Source of the DNA: Coriobacteriia bacterium
GTDB lineage: Bacteria > Actinomycetota > Coriobacteriia > Anaerosomatales > Anaerosomataceae
Assembly: GCA_026416035.1 (NCBI GenBank)
Contig: JAOAFY010000003.1
Span: 1-53,937 of the forward strand
Reading direction: 5' to 3'
DNA length: 53,937 nt
Shown here: one piece after another, positions 27,345-36,374 of the stretch
Layout of the letters: each line of letters starts with the position of its first letter
How positions within the stretch are numbered: position 1 is the stretch's first letter
The notes under the pieces: model-generated
Told to the model about the DNA's origin: nothing
Database searches by the model: none
The model's input: only the letters and a program-made list of their open reading frames with translations
Made by a program: the position numbers and the translations under genes

Positions 27345-27891
27345 CCTCGCCCTCCGACAGATATCGCGCAAGAGTCCGAACGGCTCGGTGCTGCATCGCT
27401 TTCACGGCACCCTCCGTCTTCCCGAGCGCGCTCGCCACATCAGCGACCGGCATGTCCCAGAAGAACCGCAGGACGACGACCGCTGCCTGTTCGTCCGTCA
27501 GCCGCCTCAGGGCCCGCCTCAGGTGCTCCGCATCGCACCGGGCCAACACCGTCTCATCGACCGCAACGATGTCCGCCACTTCGGCCGCATCGTCATCGCG
27601 CACGCGCTGCGGCTCGCGCGACGTGCGGCGGTACTCGTCGATGACAGCGTTCCGGGCTATGCGGAACAGCCAGGCAGCGAAGGGGATCCCTCGCGCGTCG
27701 TACGAAGGAAGCGCCTCCCACGCCCGCATGAACACGGTCGCAGTGAGGTCCTTCGCATCCTCGAAGTCGGCCACGCGCGCCCTGATGAACCCGTACACCC
27801 GGTCGTAGTGCGTCTCGTACAGCCGCTCGAACGCCCGGACGTCACCGCTTCGGGCCTTCCGGATCAGCCTCTCAACGTCCCGCTGCTGCAT
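27331..27891 (-). CDS. ECF RNA polymerase sigma factor
   Basis: AFERLYETHYDRVY, AKDLTATVFMRAW, FAAWLFRIARNAVID, LTDEQAAVVVLRF, EGAVKAMQHRA. Confidence 0.95.
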   Translation of the reverse strand: MQQRDVERLIRKARSGDVRAFERLYETHYDRVYGFIRARVADFEDAKDLTATVFMRAWEALPSYDARGIPFAAWLFRIARNAVIDEYRRTSREPQRVRDDDAAEVADIVAVDETVLARCDAEHLRRALRRLTDEQAAVVVLRFFWDMPVADVASALGKTEGAVKAMQHRAVRTLARYLSEGEDASS

Positions 27892-27966
27892 CGTGGCTCC
27901 ACAGACGGGCCACGCTGCCGCTACCAGCAGAAACGCGCCCGCCGCACATGAAGATACGCCTCGTCG

Positions 27967-27975
27967 TGCTAGAAT
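27967..27975 (+). promoter_or_regulatory. Extended -10 element (TGcTAGAAT) for the radical SAM gene
   Basis: TG-N-TAGAAT about 45 nt upstream of GTG 28020. Confidence 0.5.
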
Positions 27976-28019
27976 ATCCGCTCGAAGAACGCATCGCCGA
28001 CCCATCCGAGAGGACCATC

Positions 28020-29486
28020 GTGAGCCCTCGTGCCATTCGCCGCATCGCGTTGGTCACGCCACCGTACCACAGCGGCGTGGTGGAGACAGCAGGCTCCTGG
28101 CCGAACGCCGCGTTCGTCTACCTTGCCGGCTCACTGAGGGCCGCCGGTTACGAACCGGTCATCTACGACGCGATGACCGCCGACCACGACGCCGAGGCCA
28201 TCGCTCGCGAGCTGGAGCGGATTCGGCCCGACATGGTCGTCACGACCGCGTACACGTCGTCGTATCCGAAGGCGGTAGAGCTGCTCCGCCTGGCTAAGCA
28301 CACCGTACCGGGCGTAGTAACGGGCATCGGCGGCGTGCACGCGCACTTCATGTACGAAGAGGTGCTCTCTCGCGACGGCGATGCCGTCGACATCGTGTTC
28401 CGCGGAGAAGGCGAACGTACGCTGCCTGAGACGGTCGCCTGCCTCAACGCTGGCGATCGCCTGGACAAGGTGCCAGGTCTCGCCTTTCGCGACGAGAGCG
28501 GCTCGGTCGTGGCGACAGCGACGCGGCCCTTCATCGCAGACCTCGACTCCCTGCCGACCGCATGGGACCTCGTCGACTGGAGCCTGTACCGGTTCTACCC
28601 GATGCCCGACACGAAGCTCGCCATCATCTCCACGTCCAGGGGATGCGACCAAGCATGCACCTTCTGCAGCCAACAGGCGTTCTGGTGCAGGACGTGGCGC
28701 TCACGCTCCGCGGAGAACGTGGTGCAAGAGATGGAGATGCTGCGGGATCGGTTCGGGGTCGGCGTCGTGATGTTCTCCGACGAAACCCCGACGCTCGATC
28801 CCGTCCGGTGGCGCAGACTGCTCGACTTGCTGATCGAACGCGACGTCGGGCTGCACCTGCTCATGGAGACTCGGGTGGACGACATCCTGCGCGACCGCGA
28901 GCTCATGCCCCTGTATCACCAAGCAGGCGTGCGCCACATCTACGTTGGGGTGGAGCGAACAGACCAGGCGACTCTGGACCTGTTCAAGAAGAACACCGAG
29001 GTCTCCATGGGCAAGGAGGCCATAGACCTGATCAACTCGCACGACATGATCTCGGAGACCTCGCTCGTGCTCGGGCTGCCGGACGACACGCACGAAACCA
29101 TCGAGACGACCTTCCAACTCGCCCAGCACTACGACCCGGATCTGGCGTTCTTCCTCACGATCGCGCCGTGGCCGTACGCCGACATGTACAAGGACCTCGA
29201 GCCATACATCGTCAGCCACGACTACGAGGATTACAACCTCGTCGCGCCCGTCGTGAAGCCCAAGGCCATGACGACCGACGAGCTGATGAAGGAGATCATC
29301 GGCTGCTACCGACGCTTCTACATGGGCAAACTCAAGCGCATTCCCACGATGTCGCCGTTCAAACGCGAGTATTTCCTGGTCACCATGAAGCTCCTCATGG
29401 AGAACTCGTATCTCAGACAGTACATGGGCGGCCTCGGGGAGATGCCCGCAGAAGTCGCAGCGCTGTTTTCTGCTCGCAAGCCGTAG
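28020..29486 (+). CDS. Cobalamin-dependent (class B) radical SAM protein
   Basis: N-terminal B12-binding domain (GGVHAHF, VFRGEGE), SRGCDQACTFC CxxxCxxC, YVGVE; start GTG 28020. Confidence 0.92.
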   Translation: MSPRAIRRIALVTPPYHSGVVETAGSWPNAAFVYLAGSLRAAGYEPVIYDAMTADHDAEAIARELERIRPDMVVTTAYTSSYPKAVELLRLAKHTVPGVVTGIGGVHAHFMYEEVLSRDGDAVDIVFRGEGERTLPETVACLNAGDRLDKVPGLAFRDESGSVVATATRPFIADLDSLPTAWDLVDWSLYRFYPMPDTKLAIISTSRGCDQACTFCSQQAFWCRTWRSRSAENVVQEMEMLRDRFGVGVVMFSDETPTLDPVRWRRLLDLLIERDVGLHLLMETRVDDILRDRELMPLYHQAGVRHIYVGVERTDQATLDLFKKNTEVSMGKEAIDLINSHDMISETSLVLGLPDDTHETIETTFQLAQHYDPDLAFFLTIAPWPYADMYKDLEPYIVSHDYEDYNLVAPVVKPKAMTTDELMKEIIGCYRRFYMGKLKRIPTMSPFKREYFLVTMKLLMENSYLRQYMGGLGEMPAEVAALFSARKP

Positions 29487-29523
29487 CCGGCCTCTTCGAA
29501 AGCGACCTTGGCTCGCGTCGCTC

Positions 29524-30627
29524 CTAGTAGATGCCGCTCTCGGCCGCCTGCTGCGGCGTGATGCCGAGCTGCCGCACCTTGATCTTGAAGTCGTGGGCGT
29601 TCGCGGCCATCGAAGTCGCGTCGTCGAGCGTGATCTTGCCCTGTTGATACAGCGTGAGCAGACTCTTGTCGAAGGTCTGCATGCCGTAGTACTCGCCGTC
29701 TTCCATCGCGTCCCGGATCAGGTAGGTCTTGTCCGGATCGATGATGTACTCACGGATGGTGCCGGTCATCACCAACACCTCGACCGCTGGGACCAGCCCG
29801 CCGTTGATCGACGGGATGAGCCTGAGCGAGATGATGCCCTTGAGCGTCGAAGCGAGCATCAGTCGCACCTGCTTCTGCTGATACGGCGGGAAGAAGTCGA
29901 TGATGCGGTTGATCGTCTCGGTCGCATCGATGGTATGAAGAGTAGACAACACGAGGTTGCCGATCTCGGCTGCGGTCAGCGCGGCGGAGACGGTCTCGTG
30001 GTCGCGCATCTCCCCGATGAGGATGACGTCCGGGTCTTGGCGGACCACGTGCCGGAGCGCATCAGCGTAGCTCTCGGTGTCGATACCGATCTCACGCTGG
30101 TTGATGATGCACTTGACGTCCTGATGTAAGACCTCGATGGGGTCCTCGATGGTGATGATGTGCCCCTCGCGTGTGTGGTTGATGTGGTCGATCATCGCTG
30201 CCAGTGTCGTCGTCTTGCCAGACCCCGCAGTGCCCGTCACCAGGACAAGGCCGCGTGGCTCGTCAGCGAGACGCCGAACGACGGGCGGGAGCCCCAGCTC
30301 CTCGATGCTCGCGCGCTCGGTCGAGACCCGCCGCAGGGTCATCCCGACGCTGCCGCGCTGGTGGAAGACGTTCACGCGGAAACGGCCCACGCCCGGAACC
30401 GAGTACGCGAAGTCGATCTCGCGGTGGTTCTCGAAGGACTGCCGCTGCCGCTCGTCCATCATGCCAAGCGCCAGCGCTTTCGTCGCCTCTGGCGTCAACA
30501 CAGGCAGCTCACGCAAGACGACGAGCTTGCCGTTCAGCCGGATGGCCGGAGGGCTGCCGACTTTCAGATGAAGGTCGGAGCTGCCGCGGTCTGACATCAG
30601 CTTCAGCAGTGCGTCGATCTCGGCCAT
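29524..30627 (-). CDS. pilT: PilT/PilU-family type IV pilus retraction ATPase
   Basis: SSDLHL, GRFRVNVF, GTAGSGKTTT, TIEDPIE, QREIG, RQDPDVILIGEMRD, STLHT, GMQTFD. Confidence 0.93.
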   Translation of the reverse strand: MAEIDALLKLMSDRGSSDLHLKVGSPPAIRLNGKLVVLRELPVLTPEATKALALGMMDERQRQSFENHREIDFAYSVPGVGRFRVNVFHQRGSVGMTLRRVSTERASIEELGLPPVVRRLADEPRGLVLVTGTAGSGKTTTLAAMIDHINHTREGHIITIEDPIEVLHQDVKCIINQREIGIDTESYADALRHVVRQDPDVILIGEMRDHETVSAALTAAEIGNLVLSTLHTIDATETINRIIDFFPPYQQKQVRLMLASTLKGIISLRLIPSINGGLVPAVEVLVMTGTIREYIIDPDKTYLIRDAMEDGEYYGMQTFDKSLLTLYQQGKITLDDATSMAANAHDFKIKVRQLGITPQQAAESGIY

Positions 30628-30698
30628 GGCTCCTCACCAGATGAACGCGACCTCGTGCAGTACGAGGATACCGCGTTTCGACGCCGCTGGCACGCAGC

Positions 30699-31907
30699 CT
30701 AGGCGTGACGAAGCGGTTCCTGCGTCCAACCCGCGATGGACACGCACACCATCGAGGTGCCGATCACGGCAAGGGACGCAGGGACCCCGATCCGCTGCAC
30801 GAGGATGCCTGCCAGCACGTAGCCAGTCGCAAGCGCTGCCCCAGCGAGCATCCTCTGGACGGCGTAGATCCTGCCCAGGTGGCGTGCGGAAGCGTGCGCC
30901 TGCACCATGGCGCGCGCCGGCACGTAGAACCACATGTTCGCGAAGCCCACGAGAAAGACGAACGGCAGCGCCATGACCAGGCTCCTGGAGGTCGCCGTCG
31001 CAGCGATGAACACGCCAGCAGCAGCCAGGCCGATGATGTACTTGATGCCGGAACGCTCTGATCCGCTCTGACCTACAGCGACGCTTCCGACGAGCAAGCC
31101 GACCGTGATCGCAGCGTCGAGCGCCGCCAGCCCGACGGCTCGACCATCCACCGGTCCTGAGCCGAAGTGCTTGAGCGCAAGACCATGCATGGCCGTGTTC
31201 GCCGCAGCGATGGGCACTGCAGCGAGGGCATACGTCGCGGTAAGCGGTCGGATCAGCGCGTTGTCACGAATGCCCCGGAGGCCATCGGCGATCTGTGCGA
31301 GCATCGGCCCGGCCGCCGATGCCTCACCAGCCGCCCGTCGAGGTACCCGCATGCTGGCGATGACCAGCGCCGAGACCGCGAAGGTGGAGGCGTCGATGAA
31401 GAAGGCGTTCGACGCACCGAGCCTCGCGACCAGGCCCGCGCCAATGGCCAGACCAGCAATCTCCGACACGGACATCGTGGCTTGGTCCAGCGAGTTCGCT
31501 GCCACTAGGTCGTCTTCCGCGACGATCTCTGGGACGAGCGAGAATCGCGCCGGCTCGAAGAACAGCGAGGCAGTCGAAACGACGAAAGCAGCGGCGTAGA
31601 AGAACGCGATGTTGCGCTGCGCCAGGAAGGGGATCGCGCACACGAGCACAGCTCGGATGACGTCCGCTCCCACCATGACCCGCTTGCGGTCCGACCTGTC
31701 TACCGCAGCACCGATGGGAAGAGCGAACAGCACCGCCGGGAGGGTAGTGACCGCCAGCATCGCGCCGACGTGGACCACCGAACCTGTGAGCTTGTAGACG
31801 AGGATGCTTGCGCCGATCTGATGGATCTTGTCTCCGAGCACCGAGACAAGCTGAGCGATCCACAACGCTCGATACTGCCGGCTCCTGAGCGGCTGGATGA
31901 TGCGCAC
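30699..31907 (-). CDS. MFS transporter (DHA3/macrolide-efflux-like)
   Basis: About 12 TM helices, GAAVDRSDRKRVMV motif A, LVAANSL. Confidence 0.9.
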   Translation of the reverse strand: MRIIQPLRSRQYRALWIAQLVSVLGDKIHQIGASILVYKLTGSVVHVGAMLAVTTLPAVLFALPIGAAVDRSDRKRVMVGADVIRAVLVCAIPFLAQRNIAFFYAAAFVVSTASLFFEPARFSLVPEIVAEDDLVAANSLDQATMSVSEIAGLAIGAGLVARLGASNAFFIDASTFAVSALVIASMRVPRRAAGEASAAGPMLAQIADGLRGIRDNALIRPLTATYALAAVPIAAANTAMHGLALKHFGSGPVDGRAVGLAALDAAITVGLLVGSVAVGQSGSERSGIKYIIGLAAAGVFIAATATSRSLVMALPFVFLVGFANMWFYVPARAMVQAHASARHLGRIYAVQRMLAGAALATGYVLAGILVQRIGVPASLAVIGTSMVCVSIAGWTQEPLRHA

Positions 31908-31964
31908 GACGAAGCCTCTCCCCCTCTGCCACCCGTCCGCGGCCAGCGGAGCGGGCGGTGTACG

Positions 31965-32993
31965 TCATGGACGGCACGCGCCGACGTAGTCGGCCCTGTC
32001 CAAACTCGAGATCCGAACCACGTCCCCCGTGTGCGGCGCGTGCACGTAGCGGTTCCCGCCGATGTAGATTCCGACGTGGTGTATCCGGCTCCTGCCGAAG
32101 AACACCAGGTCGCCCGGCCGAAGGTCCGCACGCGATACGCGCTCTCCGCAGTCGTATTGGGCTCTGGAGCTGTGAGGGAGGCTCACGCCCACCTGGGAGT
32201 AGACCCACATCGTGAATCCGCTGCAGTCGAAGGCGTCCGGCCCATCGGCGCCCCACTGATACGGAGCGCCAAGCTTGCTCAGGGCGATCTGCACCACCGA
32301 TCCGCGCGGCGCACGCACCGGGTCCCCGAGGCCGGCGGGCGGGGTCCAGCTGCGACGCTCGCGCTCGCGCTCCTCCGCTTGAATGCGCTCGATCTCGTCC
32401 TCGAGCCCGGCCAGCCGTCTCTTGCGTTCGGCGATCTGCGCTTCGATGCTGCGCTTGCGCGCGAGCATGATGTCCCGATTCCGCTTCGCGTCGGCCTGCT
32501 GCGATGCGAGCGCCGCACGCGCCTTGGCGAGCTCAGCTCTCGTCGACTTGAGCGCCGCGACCGCATCCGCGTCCTGTTGGTTCATCGACTTGAGCAGGTC
32601 CCACGCCGTGACGAACTCCTCGAAGGTGGTCGCACCGAACAGAAGGTCGAGAGTCCCGAGGGGGCCCTTTCGGTACATCTCCCTCGCTCGGACGCTCAGC
32701 CGCGCCTGGAGCTTGGCCTGTTCAGCCGTCAGTCCGCTCAAGCGCCGCTCCGTCTTCTTCAACTTGGCGGTTACTGCGTCATACGCGATCTGGGCGTCGT
32801 TGTACTCTTCAGCGGCGATTTCGATCTTCTCGTCGAGCTGCGCGATCTCGGCCCGGACCCGCTCGGCCTGCTGCCGCTTCGACGCTGCTGGAGTGCCAAC
32901 GGCCGACGCAGGCATCAGCACGATGGCGAGCGCCACGATCAAAGCCGCGGACGCTTTCGAGATGGAGAGCGACAACCGCACTATCCGCTCCAC
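31965..32993 (-). CDS. Secreted coiled-coil NlpC/P60 peptidoglycan endopeptidase (CwlO/RipA-like)
   Basis: Signal peptide, long coiled coil, LGAPYQWGA..FDCSGF, PGDLVFF, HVGIYIG. Confidence 0.94.
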   Translation of the reverse strand: MERIVRLSLSISKASAALIVALAIVLMPASAVGTPAASKRQQAERVRAEIAQLDEKIEIAAEEYNDAQIAYDAVTAKLKKTERRLSGLTAEQAKLQARLSVRAREMYRKGPLGTLDLLFGATTFEEFVTAWDLLKSMNQQDADAVAALKSTRAELAKARAALASQQADAKRNRDIMLARKRSIEAQIAERKRRLAGLEDEIERIQAEERERERRSWTPPAGLGDPVRAPRGSVVQIALSKLGAPYQWGADGPDAFDCSGFTMWVYSQVGVSLPHSSRAQYDCGERVSRADLRPGDLVFFGRSRIHHVGIYIGGNRYVHAPHTGDVVRISSLDRADYVGACRP

Positions 32994-33019
32994 TGACGAG
33001 ACGACAGGACAACCGGCGG

Positions 33020-33028
33020 ATTATACCA
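33020..33028 (-). promoter_or_regulatory. Consensus extended -10 (TGgTATAAT) for the NlpC/P60 gene
   Basis: Perfect TATAAT with TG extension, 27 nt upstream of the start. Confidence 0.6.
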
Positions 33029-33040
33029 TCGGCCGGCCGA

Positions 33041-33931
33041 TCACCCAAGGGCGGCAGCCAGGGCATCGACGAGCAGCACGGCCAGCCGCTGCGCCTCCTC
33101 TTCGCCGCGCGGTGCAGGCATGGATGCCGCGATTCGTGCGGGCCTCCCTTCGACAGAGGCCAGCGCGGTCACCATGCGTGCCGCAGAGCGCACCGGGTCG
33201 TCGAGGTCGAGCCGAACCGTCGGCACCGGTATCGCGCCTTGGGAAACCAAGCCTACCAGCACCTCTACGTCTTCCTCGCCGGAGCCCACAGGGTCCCAAG
33301 CCCGGACAGCAACGCGCGCGTCGTCGGAGACGGCCTTCACGAGATTCGCCGCGCGCCTGCACACCGGCTCAAGCGCAGAATCGCACCACGCAAGGCAGAC
33401 GGTCGCGTCCGCGAACGCAGCCCCGGTGCGCGCCGGGCCAGGCGTCAGCGCTGCGGGGACCGCCGGATCCTTGCCCGACCATACGTGGCGTAGCCGCTCG
33501 ATCGCACGCAAGGTCTCATCTCCCGCGACCCCGTCAGCCGGAAGCCCCGCGTTGAACTGGAATTCCCGAACCGCGCCTTCCGTGCAGGGACCGAAGATGC
33601 CATCGACCTCACCGCACGGGAATCCGAGGACGTTGAGGGCCGTTTGGAGCGTCGCGACGTCCGCGCCATGAAGGTAGGGATAGCGCAGGTACAGGATCCG
33701 GTCGCCCAGGGTGAAGGTGGCGTCGACCAGTGCGGCCCAGGTCCGAGGACCGACGACCCCGTCCTCGACGAGCCCGTGCTCCCGCTGGAACCTCCGGACG
33801 GCTTCCAGCGTCGCGCCCATGAAGACGCCATCGACGCCGGCCCGACCGAGGTCATACCCGAGCTTGAGCAAGCGCTTCTGGACGTCTTCGACTGCCGGGC
33901 CTCGTGCGCCCCGTTGTATCCGGACGGTCAT
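33041..33931 (-). CDS. Peptidoglycan-binding protein (two PG_binding_1 domains, CwlM-like N-terminus)
   Basis: RGARGPAVEDVQKRL..DGVF...T.EAVRRFQ...GL..DGVVGPRTW, then LGDRILY..GADVATLQ; C-terminus not recognisable as an amidase. Confidence 0.85.
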   Translation of the reverse strand: MTVRIQRGARGPAVEDVQKRLLKLGYDLGRAGVDGVFMGATLEAVRRFQREHGLVEDGVVGPRTWAALVDATFTLGDRILYLRYPYLHGADVATLQTALNVLGFPCGEVDGIFGPCTEGAVREFQFNAGLPADGVAGDETLRAIERLRHVWSGKDPAVPAALTPGPARTGAAFADATVCLAWCDSALEPVCRRAANLVKAVSDDARVAVRAWDPVGSGEEDVEVLVGLVSQGAIPVPTVRLDLDDPVRSAARMVTALASVEGRPARIAASMPAPRGEEEAQRLAVLLVDALAAALG

Positions 33932-33963
33932 GACGATCGCTCCATGCCCCGGTGCTGGGCGGC

Positions 33964-34302
33964 TCAGTAGCGGTCTCGGTTCAGCCGGAAGCGCACTACG
34001 TTCCCCTGCAGATGCTCGCGATGCGCGCGAAGCCTGTCGCTGAGCGAACGCAGCTCCAGCTCCACGGCGACGTCGCGTTCGTACCGGTAGCTCCCGACAT
34101 CAGTGCAGTCTAGCACGAGGGCCGCCGAAAGCGCGTCGAGGACCCTCTTGGCCCGATCGCACGGAATCCCGGTCCGACGGCTGAGGTCCTCGACGCAGAA
34201 CGCCTCGCCGGGGTGCCGCGCAAGAACGGCCATGATCGCCACCACGTCCTCATCGGACTCAGGACGCGAGGGAAGCAGTGCGAGCGCTCGGGCAAGCGTC
34301 AC
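33964..34302 (-). CDS. Small hypothetical protein, probable winged-helix
   Basis: VEDLSRRTGIPCDRAKRVLDAL helix-turn-helix-like segment; GGGAAGAGG RBS; co-oriented after the DGC. Confidence 0.6.
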   Translation of the reverse strand: MTLARALALLPSRPESDEDVVAIMAVLARHPGEAFCVEDLSRRTGIPCDRAKRVLDALSAALVLDCTDVGSYRYERDVAVELELRSLSDRLRAHREHLQGNVVRFRLNRDRY

Positions 34303-34333
34303 GGCGCCTCTTCCCTCGGGAGCATCGGCCCTG

Positions 34334-35830
34334 TCACCTCGCCAGGACCACCTTGTTCTTGCCCTGGCGCTTCGCCTCGTACATCGCACGGTCCGCTGCC
34401 TCGACCAGCCTCGCGACGGTCTGGCCGTGGATGGGATACGTCGCCACGCCAAGCGACACGGTCCGACGATCACGGAGGCCGGCGCCGTCCACCTCGATCT
34501 CGAATGCCTCCATCGTCTCACGGATGCGCTCCGCCACACGCATCGCGCCAGCTGAGTCCGTCTCCGGCAGGACCAGGACGAACTCCTCGCCTCCGTAGCG
34601 GGCAGCGACGTCTATCTCGCGCAAGTTCTGACGGATGACCGCGCTGACCGCCTTCAGCACCTGGTCTCCGCGCGGATGTCCGTAGGTGTCGTTGAACTGC
34701 TTGAAGTCGTCGATGTCCATCATGATGACCGAGAGGCGGTGCCCGAACCGCGTCGCACGCCCGAGCTCCTCCTCCAGCCGCTGCAGCAGATACCCGTGGT
34801 TGTACAGGTCAGTGAGCCGATCGGTCACCGACAGCCGCTCGAGCTCCTCGTGGAGCAGGGCGTTCTGAAGCGAAAGCGACGACTGGTTCGCAATGACCTG
34901 GAGCCGGTCCCGTTCCGCCACTCCTAGCTCGCGATAGGTGGTCCACGCCACGACCAGCACTCCCAGGATCGCGTCACCAGCACGGAGGGGAACTGCGGTC
35001 TGGGAGCGGACGTCGTCTGGCTCCTTGACCCAGTTCGCGAGCTCGCTGCCGTGAGGGACATCGGCTTGCTGCGTGAAGCCGTCGCGGAAGGCGGCACCGA
35101 GAATCGTCTCGGAGACAGGAACGACGGCCCTGAACCACTCGTCCGGCCGTCCCTGGCACGCACGCAGCCGCAAGGTCCAGGTGTCCTGGTCGAACAGATA
35201 CACGCACGAGATTTCCGCACCTAGGATGCCGTTCGCGCCATCCACGACAAGAGACGCGACGTCATCCACGGACGAGAACACGGTCAGCGCCTTGAAGAAC
35301 TCGTGGGTGAAGAAGATCTCGGCAAGGCGGTTCTCCAGCTCGGCATTGGCGCGCTCCAGCGCCTCCTTGCTCGCCTGAAGCTTCCGCTCGTGGCTGCGGA
35401 TCTTGTCGTACGCAACCTGGAGCTCGACGAATATCTTCTCCTGCTCTTCGCTGCGTTTCTTGGCTACCAGCAGGTCCCAGACGAGCTCGGTTCCCGCGCC
35501 AGTGATGATGTCGACGCCCGCAGGGCATCGCTCTCCGATGCTCCTCGAGACCAGGGGGTCGTCCGACAGGTCCAAGATCAGGTCGAGCCCTTCGATCTGT
35601 GCGAGATCGTCGGCCTCGGTAGTCACGAAGATGCCAAGGTCCTCGGCCAGCCGCATCGCCGGGGCGCTGCGGCTCGAGTCGTACACTCCGACGACCCGGA
35701 GGTCCTCGACCTCGGACAGCAGCCGAAGCACCGAGGTCGCCCGGAGGCCCCCTCCCGCAATCACGACGCCGACGGGACCCGACCGTCGTCGGGTCGTCGT
35801 GCCGGTCGCGTCTAGGCCGTCGACAACCAT
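34334..35830 (-). CDS. Diguanylate cyclase: Rossmann-like N-domain, coiled coil, GAF, GGDEF
   Basis: VIAGGG N-terminus, GAF (RSQTAVPL..LGVL), TDRLTDLYN, DIDDFKQFNDTYGH, I-site REID, active site GGEEF. Confidence 0.93.
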   Translation of the reverse strand: MVVDGLDATGTTTRRRSGPVGVVIAGGGLRATSVLRLLSEVEDLRVVGVYDSSRSAPAMRLAEDLGIFVTTEADDLAQIEGLDLILDLSDDPLVSRSIGERCPAGVDIITGAGTELVWDLLVAKKRSEEQEKIFVELQVAYDKIRSHERKLQASKEALERANAELENRLAEIFFTHEFFKALTVFSSVDDVASLVVDGANGILGAEISCVYLFDQDTWTLRLRACQGRPDEWFRAVVPVSETILGAAFRDGFTQQADVPHGSELANWVKEPDDVRSQTAVPLRAGDAILGVLVVAWTTYRELGVAERDRLQVIANQSSLSLQNALLHEELERLSVTDRLTDLYNHGYLLQRLEEELGRATRFGHRLSVIMMDIDDFKQFNDTYGHPRGDQVLKAVSAVIRQNLREIDVAARYGGEEFVLVLPETDSAGAMRVAERIRETMEAFEIEVDGAGLRDRRTVSLGVATYPIHGQTVARLVEAADRAMYEAKRQGKNKVVLAR

Positions 35831-35843
35831 CGTCCTTCAGACC

Positions 35844-36374
35844 TCACAGTTCACGGATACCGTATAGGTAGCTCCGAACGATAACCAACCCTGTGTCGAG
35901 ATGAAACTCCATGGTGCGCGCGTGGCTTCCCCCCGTATCTTCGGCAAGCACGGGTATCCGCAACAGTGCGAGCTGCCTCTTGACCTCCTCTACGTTGCGA
36001 TCGCCGATGGATGCCATCGCGGTATCGCCCTTGAACATCGCTGCGCCACCGGCGATCTTCGCAACGTACCGCCTGAGCCCGCCGCCTTGGGCGAGCATGT
36101 CGACCATCTTCGGCAGGGCGACGGTCGCGAAGCGGTCGGGGTTGCCGTCTGCAAGCGCGTTTTGCGGGGAGGGCAGCATGACGTGTGCGAGAGCTCCACG
36201 CCGCTTCGCCGCGTCCCAGACCGCCACGCCGACGCAGGAACCCAGCGCGGGCGTGAGCAGCACCTGGGGGTGCTCCGCCACGGCCACCTCGCCGGTGGTC
36301 ACCATGACGACGTGCGGCTCGCCCCCCGTGACGGGGCCCTCTGTGGCATCGTTCAACACGCTTCCCCCAGTCAC
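35844..36374 (-). CDS. cheD: Chemoreceptor glutamine deamidase CheD
   Basis: LGSCVGV, AHVMLP, AKIAGGAAMF, IGDRN, EDTGG..ART. Confidence 0.95.
   Translation of the reverse strand: MTGGSVLNDATEGPVTGGEPHVVMVTTGEVAVAEHPQVLLTPALGSCVGVAVWDAAKRRGALAHVMLPSPQNALADGNPDRFATVALPKMVDMLAQGGGLRRYVAKIAGGAAMFKGDTAMASIGDRNVEEVKRQLALLRIPVLAEDTGGSHARTMEFHLDTGLVIVRSYLYGIREL

Noticed and set aside
32994-33040. c-di-AMP (ydaO) riboswitch before the NlpC/P60 gene
   Set aside because: The intergenic gap is only 47 nt and holds a consensus -10; no room for the aptamer.
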